From the NCBI GenBank assembly GCA_964641255.1, contig CAZXMM010000001.1, positions 473,984-537,983 of the forward strand: a stretch of DNA of 64,000 nt. The letters run 5' to 3'. Source of the DNA: an uncultured Gammaproteobacteria bacterium. GTDB taxonomy: Bacteria; Patescibacteriota; Microgenomatia; JAMCZE01. The notes beneath the pieces are model-generated. The model had not been told where the DNA came from. It ran no database searches and saw only the letters and a program-made list of their open reading frames with translations. The position numbers and the translations under genes are program-made. Below are positions 38,029 through 47,400 of the stretch, one piece after another; within the stretch, counting starts at the first letter, position 1; the number at the start of each line of letters is the position of its first letter.

Positions 38029-39360
38029 ATGGCAAAATTCACTATCACCGGTGGCGCGCCACTAAAAGGCCGAGTGGAGCTCATGGGGGCCAAGAACGCA
38101 GGTTTTAAGGCCATGATTGCCACCCTTCTTGCTGATTCCCCATCAGAAATTCACGGGCTGGGGCTCATTTCAGAAATTGACTTTGCTCGGAGTGTTATTG
38201 CTAGCCTGGGAGGCCAAACCAGCACGCTTGTCGATCCCCACAATCTTCTTATTGACCCAAGGGGTCTAAACACCTTCGAAATTCCTTTGGCAATTGCCGG
38301 CAAATCCCGCTCGACTACCATGTATGTGGGACCTCTGTTACACCGGTTTGGCAAAGCCGTGTTGCCGTCTCCTGGTGGGGACCCCATCGGCAACCGCCCA
38401 GTGGATCGTCATTGGGAAGGGCTAAGGGCCTTGGGAGCAACCGTGTCCTCTCAAAATGGAGCCTATCTGGTGACGGCCCCAAACGGTCTCAAGGGGACTA
38501 CTTTTCGATTCGAAAAAAACACCCATACTGGCACCGAGACATTGATTTTGGCCGCGGCTACCGCCTCAGGCGACACTATCCTTGAAAATGCTGCCGCCGA
38601 GCCGGAAGTGGACGGTTTAATTACGCTTCTAAACGCCATGGGGGCCAGAATTCTCAGGCGCAGTCCCCGCACGATCAAAATCACCGGGGTTAAAAAACTG
38701 TCTGGAGTGCGTCATACCGTTATGAAAGATCGGATTGAAGCGGCAACCTTTGGTTGCATTGCTCTTGCTACCAAGGGTGACGTTACTGTTCTTGATGCCG
38801 ACCCACTAGTTTTAAATGATTTTTTGGTGAAGCTAAATGAAGTGGGGGGTAGATGGGAAAAACTGGATGATGGGATTCGTTTTTGGTGGGACAGGCCCCT
38901 AGTGGCCACCAATCTTGAGACGGCTCCATACCCAGGGTTTATGACTGATTGGCAGCCGCTCTGGACCACTCTCATGACTCAGGCTAGTGGCACCTCAGTT
39001 GTCCACGAAACCATTTTTGAAAGTCGGTTTGCCTACGTAGATGATTTAATGGCAATGGGCGGACAGTTTGATTTTTTTAATCCTCCCGTAACTAACCCCG
39101 ACGAGGTTTATAATTTTGATCTTAAAGACCAAAAAGCCGAGACCAGGCACGCCGTCAGGATCTTTGGTCCAGTAAATTTTAGTCCCAAATCAATTGAAGT
39201 AGCAGATATCAGGCGGGGAGCCACAGTCCTATTGGCCGGTCTGATGGCACAAGGGGAGACAATTCTTAGTGATCCTTTGGATCAAATGAAACGAGGCTAC
39301 GAGGATCTTCCCGGTCGCCTGATTAAACTTGGGGCTCACATTAAAGTTGAAGACTCTTAA
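38029..39360 (+). CDS. murA: UDP-N-acetylglucosamine 1-carboxyvinyltransferase
   Basis: 'FTITGGAPLKGRVELMGAKNAGFKAMIATLLA'. ATG at 38029 is preferred over the upstream GTG at 37939, which would overlap murB. Confidence 0.9.
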   Translation: MAKFTITGGAPLKGRVELMGAKNAGFKAMIATLLADSPSEIHGLGLISEIDFARSVIASLGGQTSTLVDPHNLLIDPRGLNTFEIPLAIAGKSRSTTMYVGPLLHRFGKAVLPSPGGDPIGNRPVDRHWEGLRALGATVSSQNGAYLVTAPNGLKGTTFRFEKNTHTGTETLILAAATASGDTILENAAAEPEVDGLITLLNAMGARILRRSPRTIKITGVKKLSGVRHTVMKDRIEAATFGCIALATKGDVTVLDADPLVLNDFLVKLNEVGGRWEKLDDGIRFWWDRPLVATNLETAPYPGFMTDWQPLWTTLMTQASGTSVVHETIFESRFAYVDDLMAMGGQFDFFNPPVTNPDEVYNFDLKDQKAETRHAVRIFGPVNFSPKSIEVADIRRGATVLLAGLMAQGETILSDPLDQMKRGYEDLPGRLIKLGAHIKVEDS

Positions 39361-39381
39361 CTAAGAGGTATAATACTTGTC

Positions 39382-40395
39382 ATGGCTCAACTTTTGGGGT
39401 TAATGCTACTTTCGTTCTTCATTTCGGCAGTGCTTTTTGTCCCCTTCATTGATTATCTCTACAAAATGCATCTGCACCGGAGTAATGAAGATAAACGGGT
39501 GGATGCCCAAAACAAGGCCACCCCGATTATTGCTAAGTTGTTTGCTAATAAAGGCAAAAAACCGATTGGCGGGGGAATCTTAATTATTGTCGTGACCACG
39601 ATTTTATCGTTATGGTCCTTTGGGCTTCTTGATATTGCCGCTCCTCCCCAGGAACTTTTCATTTTAATTTTTGCGATGCTGTCTTTTGCCGCCTTGGGTT
39701 TTTATGACGACTTTCGGAAGAACTTTCATATGGAGCGAACTGGTTTTTTTGGTTTGCGTTGGCGGCACAAGCTTTTTATCCAAATTGGGTTAGCTTTTTT
39801 AATCGGCCTCTATTTTTATTTCGTCCTGGGCTATGATTTTATCAATATTCATTGGTTTGGAGCCTGGCCAGTGGGGATTCTTTTCGTGCCGATTACTACC
39901 TTCGTTGTTGTCTCTTTTGCTAACGCATTCAACATTACCGATGGAATGGATGGTCTTTCTTCTGGAGTCTTACTTATTTGTCTTACCGCCTTTTTGATCC
40001 TGGCCTCCCAACTACTGCACCCCGCTCTTGCTCTCTTTATTGCTGTCTGGATCGGGGCTATTGTTGCCTTTCTTTATTTTAATGTTTTTCCGGCCCGGAT
40101 CGAACTAGGTGATACCGGAGCCTTGGCTTTTGGAGCTACCCTGGCAGTGGTTGGGCTGCTGACGGGAAAGATCTTTGCTCTAGGAGTTATTGGGGGGATT
40201 TTTATTGTTGAGGTGCTAAGCTCACTACTCCAGATGCTGTCTAAGAAATATCGAGGCAAAAAACTTTTTGCGGTCGCTCCAATTCATCTTTGGTTTATGT
40301 ATAGAGGGTGGGAAGAGCCAAAAGTTGTAACGCGTTTTTGGATTGCTGCCATACTCTTTGCTATTTTTGGACTATGGCTCGGGGTCATAGGCTAG
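39382..40395 (+). CDS. mraY: Phospho-N-acetylmuramoyl-pentapeptide transferase
   Basis: 'NAFNITDGMDGLSSG' and 10 TM helices. Confidence 0.9.
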   Translation: MAQLLGLMLLSFFISAVLFVPFIDYLYKMHLHRSNEDKRVDAQNKATPIIAKLFANKGKKPIGGGILIIVVTTILSLWSFGLLDIAAPPQELFILIFAMLSFAALGFYDDFRKNFHMERTGFFGLRWRHKLFIQIGLAFLIGLYFYFVLGYDFINIHWFGAWPVGILFVPITTFVVVSFANAFNITDGMDGLSSGVLLICLTAFLILASQLLHPALALFIAVWIGAIVAFLYFNVFPARIELGDTGALAFGATLAVVGLLTGKIFALGVIGGIFIVEVLSSLLQMLSKKYRGKKLFAVAPIHLWFMYRGWEEPKVVTRFWIAAILFAIFGLWLGVIG

Positions 40396-41459
40396 TCTTC
40401 GACATTACCCCTATTGTTATGGTCTGTTTCCTGCTGGGATTTGGGCTCCTCATGGTTTATGACGCCTCTTCGGCCCAGGCACTCCAGTCCTTTAACGATA
40501 AGTACTATTTCCTTAAGGAACAGGCTCAATGGGTGATAGTCGGTTTAATCGCCGCGGTAGCAGCCAGCTTTTTTGACTATCGTCGGCTAAAATTATTGGC
40601 CGTTCCAGCTTTAATTGGATCAATCTTACTGTTAATAGCTGTTTTTATTCCTGGCATTGGTGTCTCAGCCAACGGAGCCCACCGGTGGATTAATTTGGGT
40701 TTCACAGTTTTTCAACCATCAGAGATCGCCAAGCTATCTTTGATTATCTACCTATCTGCTTGGTTTACGACTAAAGAGAAGGGCAGGTTATTGTCATTTC
40801 TTCTTTTAATTGGGCTGATGGTGGGACTTATCATGGCCCAGCCAGATATGGGAACGGCTATTGTTCTTTTGGGGACGTCATTTTCACTCTACTTTTTATC
40901 AAATAGCGAAATGAGGGGGTTCCTATTCTTTATTCCATTTGTAGTCGCTGGGGGAACTTTGCTCGCTATCCAGTCACCCTATCGGCTAAGGCGAGTGCTC
41001 ACTTTTTTAAATCCCGATTCTGATCCCCTGGGAGCATCTTACCATGTCCGTCAGGTTCTGATAGCGTTGGGAAGTGGGGGATTGTTTGGTTTAGGGCTGG
41101 GTAACTCGCGGCAAAAATATTCTTATCTTCCAGAGGCTACCACGGATTCAATTTTTGCAATCATCGGCGAGGAGTTAGGTTTTATTGGAGCCACCATGAT
41201 TATTGTTGTCTTCGTAGTTTTCTTTTACCGAGCAATAAAACTTACTGTCACCACAGAAGATTTGTTTGGACGAATGCTTGGCTTGGGTATCTTATTCTGG
41301 ATAATTATCCAGACACTTGTTAATCTTGGGTCAATGGTTAGTTTAATTCCGCTAACCGGAGTCCCGTTGCCTTTTATCTCCTACGGCGGGTCGGCTTTGG
41401 TTGCCGAGTTAATAGGCATGGGTATACTGTGTAATATTTGGAAATCCCACCACTCGTGA
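40374..41459 (+). CDS. ftsW: SEDS-family peptidoglycan glycosyltransferase FtsW
   Basis: SEDS topology and motifs; dcw position. Start chosen at ATG 40374 (MARGHRLVF). Confidence 0.8.
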   Translation: MARGHRLVFDITPIVMVCFLLGFGLLMVYDASSAQALQSFNDKYYFLKEQAQWVIVGLIAAVAASFFDYRRLKLLAVPALIGSILLLIAVFIPGIGVSANGAHRWINLGFTVFQPSEIAKLSLIIYLSAWFTTKEKGRLLSFLLLIGLMVGLIMAQPDMGTAIVLLGTSFSLYFLSNSEMRGFLFFIPFVVAGGTLLAIQSPYRLRRVLTFLNPDSDPLGASYHVRQVLIALGSGGLFGLGLGNSRQKYSYLPEATTDSIFAIIGEELGFIGATMIIVVFVVFFYRAIKLTVTTEDLFGRMLGLGILFWIIIQTLVNLGSMVSLIPLTGVPLPFISYGGSALVAELIGMGILCNIWKSHHS

Positions 41460-42595
41460 AACAAAAGATTTTTATCACCGGTGGCCACTTTACACCAGCC
41501 AAGGCAGTGGTTAGTGTGCTTTTAAAATCCCAAACCTGGGAGATTTTCTATGTGGGACGAAAACACGCGCTTGAAGGTGACCGGGCTCTATCACTCGAGT
41601 ATTTAGAAATGCACCAGCAAAAAGGAGTAACCTTTTTAGAGTTGACGGCTGGTAAAATTCCTCGAACGCTCACTGCCCAGGCGATCTGGTCGATTATAAA
41701 AATCCCCGTCGGTTTAGTGCAGAGCCTAGCCTATCTGCTTTACTATCGCCCCAGTATCATCATGAGTTTTGGGGGTTATATAGCAGTTCCAATGGTACTT
41801 ATTGGTAGATTACTGGGAATTAAGATTGCCCATCACGAGCAAGTGGCTGTTTTTGATATCCCTAGCCGATTGCTGGCTAAACTATCCAACCGAGTAATGG
41901 TTAGTTTTCCCTCTCTCATTCCTCCAATTGATTCGGCCAAATGGTGTTATACGGGCAACCCTGTCAGAGACGAGGTTTTCCAGGTTAACCCAGCGCCAGA
42001 GCTTGAGATGCTCACAAGAGTTAAAAAGCACCAGAACTTAAAAGCAATCTATATTACTGGCGGCAATCAGGGGTCGCACGTGATTAACACAGTGGTTCTC
42101 AGTTTACTCCCGAGATTGCTAAGTCGGTTTGTGGTTATTTGGCAAACAGGCGATAGCCAACAATTTCGTGATTATGATGTTGCCCTGGGCCAGATTAGGA
42201 ACCTTCCCCAAGAGCAACAAGAGCGAATTGTGCTACAAAAATTTATTCTCGGCCACTCCATTGGGGCAGTTTTTGCCCTGGCTGATTTAGTGGTGGGACG
42301 CAGTGGGGCCAATACCGTCTTTGAGTTGGCAGCTTTAGCTAAACCAGCGATTTTAATTCCGATTCCCTGGGTACATGACCAGGAACAGTTGGCAAACGCC
42401 CAATTGTTAACTAGCAGGGGAGGGGCAGTAGTTTTACCACAAACCCATCTTAGTGATGGGGAGTTGTGGAGCAGTATTGAAACTGTTTTTAATCGTTATG
42501 ATGATTATCACAGTGGAGCGCTCCTTGCTTGCCAGTCATTACCCAAAAACCCGGCTTTGCAAATAGTTACTATTCTAAGAGAACTAGTTTCATGA
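41438..42595 (+). CDS. murG: Undecaprenyl-PP-MurNAc-pentapeptide N-acetylglucosaminyltransferase
   Basis: 'KIFITGGHFTPAKAV...GGNQGSHVIN' is the GT28 pattern. dcw position. Confidence 0.8.
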   Translation: MEIPPLVKQKIFITGGHFTPAKAVVSVLLKSQTWEIFYVGRKHALEGDRALSLEYLEMHQQKGVTFLELTAGKIPRTLTAQAIWSIIKIPVGLVQSLAYLLYYRPSIIMSFGGYIAVPMVLIGRLLGIKIAHHEQVAVFDIPSRLLAKLSNRVMVSFPSLIPPIDSAKWCYTGNPVRDEVFQVNPAPELEMLTRVKKHQNLKAIYITGGNQGSHVINTVVLSLLPRLLSRFVVIWQTGDSQQFRDYDVALGQIRNLPQEQQERIVLQKFILGHSIGAVFALADLVVGRSGANTVFELAALAKPAILIPIPWVHDQEQLANAQLLTSRGGAVVLPQTHLSDGELWSSIETVFNRYDDYHSGALLACQSLPKNPALQIVTILRELVS

Positions 42596-42954
42596 TTAAA
42601 AAGATTGGATTAACTGTACTAATTGTGGCTTTACTACTCACTGGGGTCCTAGTAACAAGCAAACTGTTTTTCCCGCCTAGCCTGGTTGTACCAATTTCTG
42701 GTCCAAGTGTGGTGGCTACCCTAGGAGCCACCCTAGAAAAAGAGCATTTGTTCCCAAGTGGGCCGTTTATATTACAAGGAGACACGATCGAGGCGACAAT
42801 TTCCGGGGTCCGGGTTCTTCTCAGTAAGGAAAAAGACTTTTTTTCGCAAGCCCGGGCTTTACAACTAGTTCTTTCACAGCTTACAATGAATGCGAATTCA
42901 AATATAACCATAAAAGAAATCGACTTGCGGTTTAACAAAGTAATTATTCGCTAA
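42592..42954 (+). CDS. Small bitopic protein at the ftsQ/divIB position (FtsQ-like, no recognisable POTRA)
   Basis: 120 aa, N-terminal TM, between murG and ftsA. The call rests on synteny only. Confidence 0.3.
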   Translation: MIKKIGLTVLIVALLLTGVLVTSKLFFPPSLVVPISGPSVVATLGATLEKEHLFPSGPFILQGDTIEATISGVRVLLSKEKDFFSQARALQLVLSQLTMNANSNITIKEIDLRFNKVIIR

Positions 42955-44312
42955 TGGCAAAAGACAAAATCATTACTGCTATTGATGTAGGTTCTTCAAA
43001 GGTGACCACGGTTATTGCTACTTACCTAAAAGACGAAAAGCTTTCAGTTATTGGAGTCTCTAATGTTTTGTCTCGAGGTATTCGTAAGGGGCAGGTGGTA
43101 GACATCGAGGAGGCAGTAGCTAGTATTTCTGAAAGCGTTGATGCCGCCGAGAGAATGGCGGGGGTGTCAATTGGTACCGCTTTTGTTTCTATTGGCGGGT
43201 CGCATATTACCAGCCAAAACAGCAAGGGAATTGTGGCGGTGTCACAGCCAGAGGGTGAGATTACTGCACCTGATGTTGAACGGGTGATTGAGGCGGCGGA
43301 GGCAATTTCGCTGCCCTCTTCTAGGGAGATTCTTCATGTTCTGCCCCGTGATTTTACTGTAGATGGCCAAGCAGGTATTAAGGATCCGTTAGGGATGACG
43401 GGGGTAAGGCTGGAAGTAGATACTCAGATCGTGACTGGAGCTACAACCTCAGTTCGTAATTTGGCCAAATGTGTCGCGGAAGTAGGCATTGACGTCGAAC
43501 GGGTAGTATTTTCCGGGTTGGCGTCATCAGAAGCGGTGTTATCCTCGACAGAAAAGGAATTAGGTGTTGTGCTAGTAGATATTGGGGCGGGAACTACCGA
43601 TGTGGCCATTTGGGTTGATGGGGCACTGTCGTATTCGTCGGTTTTGCCCATGGGTGCCAGAAATGTCACTAACGATATTGCTGTCGGTTTAAGGGTGAGC
43701 CTGGAAAGCGCAGAAAAAATTAAACTGCTTTTGGGACAAATTCCCAAGGCCTTGCCAGTCGTTGCTAGTGAAGGTGAGGTTAAAAGTCACAAACTACCGG
43801 ACGAACTAGATCTCTCTGCGTTAAATCTGCCAGAAGATTTGAAAAAAATTTCCCGGAAGACCCTAATGGACGGCATAATAAAGGACCGTTTGTTAGAAAT
43901 GTTTGTATATGTGGGTCAAGAGATTCAAAAAAGTGGTTTCGGGGGTATGACCCCATCTGGCGTAGTGATTACGGGTGGGGGGGCTTTGACCGCTGGGATA
44001 ATCGAAGCCTGTCGCCAGCGGTTGGCCATGCCCTGTCGTGTGGGATCGGCGATTGGTCAGACAGAATTGTATGGGCAGACCTCGCCGCTGTCTGGTCTCA
44101 CCGATGAAATAACTGGCCCCCAGTTTTCTACAGTTATTGGTCTTATCCAGTTTGGTTTGCAGCGGCCAATTAATTTACGGACCAAGAGGGGGAGCGGTCA
44201 GTCACAATTTAGCTTGCCAAACTTAGGGGGCTTTGGTAAGATGGCCGAAAAGCTGCCCCTGGGGAATGCTACCGCTAAAATAGCAAAACTCCTCAAGTCA
44301 TTTTTGCCATAA
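42954..44312 (+). CDS. ftsA: Cell division protein FtsA
   Basis: Actin-like ATPase motifs '[16 protein letters not shown]' and '[13 protein letters not shown]'. Confidence 0.9.
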   Translation: MAKDKIITAIDVGSSKVTTVIATYLKDEKLSVIGVSNVLSRGIRKGQVVDIEEAVASISESVDAAERMAGVSIGTAFVSIGGSHITSQNSKGIVAVSQPEGEITAPDVERVIEAAEAISLPSSREILHVLPRDFTVDGQAGIKDPLGMTGVRLEVDTQIVTGATTSVRNLAKCVAEVGIDVERVVFSGLASSEAVLSSTEKELGVVLVDIGAGTTDVAIWVDGALSYSSVLPMGARNVTNDIAVGLRVSLESAEKIKLLLGQIPKALPVVASEGEVKSHKLPDELDLSALNLPEDLKKISRKTLMDGIIKDRLLEMFVYVGQEIQKSGFGGMTPSGVVITGGGALTAGIIEACRQRLAMPCRVGSAIGQTELYGQTSPLSGLTDEITGPQFSTVIGLIQFGLQRPINLRTKRGSGQSQFSLPNLGGFGKMAEKLPLGNATAKIAKLLKSFLP

Positions 44313-45484
44313 TGCTTATTAAACCTGATCTTACTCGTTTCGCAAAAATCAAAGTAGTGGGAGTTGGTGGTGCCGGGGGTAACGCAGTATCTTCAATGAT
44401 TGCCTCGGGTTCGATTCATGGAGTGGATTTTGTCGCTATCAATACCGACGCCCAAGTATTACTCGGTAATCCGGCTCCCACTAAAATTCAAATTGGGGAA
44501 AGTCTCACCCGAGGCCTTGGCTCAGGAGGAAATCCTGAAACTGGAATGAAGGCGGCGGAAGAATCAACCAAGAAGATCGAAGAGAAAATTGCTGATGCTG
44601 ATATGGTCTTTGTGACGGCCGGTATGGGTGGAGGAACTGGGACGGGGGCCTCACCGGTAGTAGCTGATATTGCTCGGAAAGCGGGTGCCTTGACGGTGGC
44701 CGTTGTTACCAAACCGTTTGCATTTGAGGGGGCTGCTCGGGCGGTAGCGGCTGAGGAAGGTATTGAAAACCTTAAAGACAAAGTTGATGCCCTAATTGTC
44801 ATCCCTGATCAAAGAATTCTTGAAGTTGTTGATAAAAAAGTAACCCTCATTGAGGCTTTTAAGATGGCCGATTCGGTACTAACTGCCGGTGTCCAGGGTA
44901 TTTCTGATCTGATTGTTATGCCAGGACTGGTGAACGTTGATTTTGCTGACGTTAGATCCATTATGACTAACGCCGGATCAGCTCTCATGGGTATTGGAAC
45001 GGGTAGTGGAGATAATCGGGCGGGAATAGCTGCGAGACAAGCTATTTCTTCACCACTACTGGAAATTTCTATCGATGGAGCCAAGGGTGTTCTCTTTAAC
45101 ATTATTGGTGGCCCGGATATGACAATGGCCGAGGTGGGAGAAGCGGCAGAAATTATTCGGGCGGCGGCTGATGCCGATGCCAAGATAATTTTTGGGGCCA
45201 CGATTGACGAAACCATGATTGACCAGCTCAAAATTACGGTAATTGCGACCGGATTTGACGAGAACAGGCAAAAGTTACGTGACCTTCGCTACGAGCGCTC
45301 CGTTAGTACTGCCCAGCCTTACTCTGGTCCCACTGGGGTAGTGAGTGATACCACAACTGTTAAGACGTCCCAACCAAACCAGATCCAGGATGATGATTTG
45401 GATTTACCAAAACAAGCGACTCCTCTTCCCGAAGGCTTTGATGAAGAAATCGATATCCCCGCTTTTCTTAGAAAAGGTAAATAG
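44312..45484 (+). CDS. ftsZ: Cell division GTPase FtsZ
   Basis: '[18 protein letters not shown]' and tubulin signature '[17 protein letters not shown]'. Confidence 0.95.
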   Translation: MLIKPDLTRFAKIKVVGVGGAGGNAVSSMIASGSIHGVDFVAINTDAQVLLGNPAPTKIQIGESLTRGLGSGGNPETGMKAAEESTKKIEEKIADADMVFVTAGMGGGTGTGASPVVADIARKAGALTVAVVTKPFAFEGAARAVAAEEGIENLKDKVDALIVIPDQRILEVVDKKVTLIEAFKMADSVLTAGVQGISDLIVMPGLVNVDFADVRSIMTNAGSALMGIGTGSGDNRAGIAARQAISSPLLEISIDGAKGVLFNIIGGPDMTMAEVGEAAEIIRAAADADAKIIFGATIDETMIDQLKITVIATGFDENRQKLRDLRYERSVSTAQPYSGPTGVVSDTTTVKTSQPNQIQDDDLDLPKQATPLPEGFDEEIDIPAFLRKGK

Positions 45485-45493
45485 AAGTTACCT

Positions 45494-45838
45494 ATGTCTG
45501 AAAAGATAATCGGCTATAGTCTCCTTGCTGTTGGGATTTTCCTTATGATTGGCCCAACCGCGAGTGTCCTGTTGGTTTTTACTCACGTTACCACTCCTAT
45601 CCAGCTCTTCGCTTTCTCTGGTATTTCTCTTGATTTGGGTCAGCTCGTGGCTGCCAACCTACCCACCGGTCTAACTGTGCCAACGGTTGAAACGGAAATC
45701 ATCCCGGCGGCTATGCTTAACGAAAGTGCCAACCTCTTTGCCCACGTCTTTTTAATGGGTTTCATTCTTAATCTGGGATATAAACTAGCTTCACTGGGAA
45801 TTGCCCTACTACGTCCGATCCAGGTGACTTCTAAATGA
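45494..45838 (+). CDS. Small membrane protein of unknown function
   Basis: 114 aa, 3 predicted TM helices, immediately downstream of ftsZ. Confidence 0.35.
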   Translation: MSEKIIGYSLLAVGIFLMIGPTASVLLVFTHVTTPIQLFAFSGISLDLGQLVAANLPTGLTVPTVETEIIPAAMLNESANLFAHVFLMGFILNLGYKLASLGIALLRPIQVTSK

Positions 45839-47244
45839 GTAAAACCTTCCGAAACAAACTAATTTTGGCAGGCGTCTCGGTTTTTCTTCAAGCGCTTCTC
45901 AATAGCGTTACTACTATTGTTATCTTCATGGAACTTTATTTTTTCCCCTGGCTTGTAAAGGTGGGACAGATACCTTACAAAGACTTTTTTGATCACCACG
46001 GATTTCTTATTTACCTTCTTCTCGCACCTTTGGCACTGGCGGGCGATGTCAGCTTACTTAAATGGCTGACCATCGTCATCAGTGCAGTAAATCTTTTGCT
46101 GTTTTTGTTCCTACTTCGCAAATATAGCGTCAGAATCATGGCTGTGGGGGCCACTCTCTTTATACTCTTTTCGTATGTTATGGTCCAAAATACCCTGTCA
46201 TACGACCTATTTTTGATGCCGGTCTTTCTTGGCGTTGCCGCTCTATTACAGGTACCAGCACCAAAGCATAGTAGCTTGGTAGGAGTTGCTTTGGGAACAT
46301 TAATCGCTAGTGTTAGCCTCATAAAGTTTCTTCCTGGACTATTAGTACTAGCGCTAGTACTCTATTTTAGAAAAGCTGTTTACTACGTTCTTGGGGTCTT
46401 TTTTCTGTCTTGGATGGCTGCTCTTAGCTACCTAGTCTATTTTGGTGCCCTTAGCGACTTTATTGACGGGTATTTTCGCTTTAACACCTTTCTTCTTTGG
46501 CGAATGCCACTTATCAAATTTGATGGCCTGCTAGATCCGCAGCTACCAATTCTGGCGGTGCTCGGGACTGTGCTCGCCGCCGCGTTTCGCCTAGCAGCGC
46601 ACAACTCTCGGGTAATTGGTAAAGACGGCCAACTCTACTGGGCACTCATACTCAGCGCACTTCCATTTCTGGCGTCGGGAATTCATGTTGGCCACCTCTT
46701 AGCCCTTTTCCCCTTTGTTCTTCTGCTGTTCCTCGGTCACTACTCAGAGCTAACACGAGTAAAGAAAAAATCTTGGAGTGTTTTACTAATAGTTCTAGTG
46801 GTGGCCCTTGTGCTAATTGCAGGGCGAACCTTTCGTCATCTAAACTTTAGAGTCACTGAATATGTTAACGACCCGATCTCGGCGTCAATTATCTCCCTGT
46901 TGCAACAAAGAAAACTGGAGCGAAAACGTCTTTTTATAAACGCTGGCTATATCAACGTTTACTACCTACTCGATAATCCTTCCCTTCACCGTTATCCGAT
47001 GAAGTTTCCCCTCATGCCTTACCCAAAACTTGAGGAATTCAACCCAGATTATGAAGCGAGCTTGATAAGGAGCCTAGTGGACAGGGACGTGGAAGTAGTG
47101 GTGTGGGTGACCCGCCCCTATCAACAGTGGGGAGAGTTAAGGGGTCTTCATTTGTTTGTCCAACATAACTATCAGTTGGTGGAGAAAGTTGATACTCCTG
47201 TTGTCAAATTTGTGCTCTACCAAAAGTCATTTCGGGGTGTATAA
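45835..47244 (+). CDS. Polytopic membrane protein (possible GT-C-like) with a C-terminal soluble domain
   Basis: 469 aa, about 11 TM helices. The stop/start junction with the preceding ORF is shared. Confidence 0.4.
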   Translation: MSKTFRNKLILAGVSVFLQALLNSVTTIVIFMELYFFPWLVKVGQIPYKDFFDHHGFLIYLLLAPLALAGDVSLLKWLTIVISAVNLLLFLFLLRKYSVRIMAVGATLFILFSYVMVQNTLSYDLFLMPVFLGVAALLQVPAPKHSSLVGVALGTLIASVSLIKFLPGLLVLALVLYFRKAVYYVLGVFFLSWMAALSYLVYFGALSDFIDGYFRFNTFLLWRMPLIKFDGLLDPQLPILAVLGTVLAAAFRLAAHNSRVIGKDGQLYWALILSALPFLASGIHVGHLLALFPFVLLLFLGHYSELTRVKKKSWSVLLIVLVVALVLIAGRTFRHLNFRVTEYVNDPISASIISLLQQRKLERKRLFINAGYINVYYLLDNPSLHRYPMKFPLMPYPKLEEFNPDYEASLIRSLVDRDVEVVVWVTRPYQQWGELRGLHLFVQHNYQLVEKVDTPVVKFVLYQKSFRGV

Positions 47245-47245
47245 T

Positions 47246-47400
47246 ATTAGTCAAAGGCGGTGAAGGAGCTATCACTCCCGAGCTTAGGAAGAACGGCGCA
47301 AGCTTAGTAGACCCTGCTAAATGAGAAGTAAACAAGGTGGTACCACGTTTCGATTAACCTCGATCCGTCCTTGCACAGTAGTGGATTGGCGGATTTTTTT
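47246..47400 (+). promoter_or_regulatory. Compact T-box riboswitch leader (Ile specifier AUC) controlling ileS
   Basis: T-box 'CAAGGTGGTACCACG' at 47333-47347 with an antiterminator: A1 caagg/ccttg(47369-47373), bulge UGGUACC, A2 acg/cgt. Competing helix atccg(t)cc(47363-47370)/ggcggat(47388-47394) followed by T6 runs into the ATG and occludes a GGA SD. Hairpin GGAG-cuAUCA-CUCC (47265-47278) presents AUC+A. A TATAAT -10 candidate lies at 47240-47245. Confidence 0.6.

Noticed and set aside
42592-42954. Confident FtsQ/DivIB assignment
   Set aside because: It is only 120 aa with no POTRA-like region. The call rests on synteny alone, so it is reported as FtsQ-like with low confidence.
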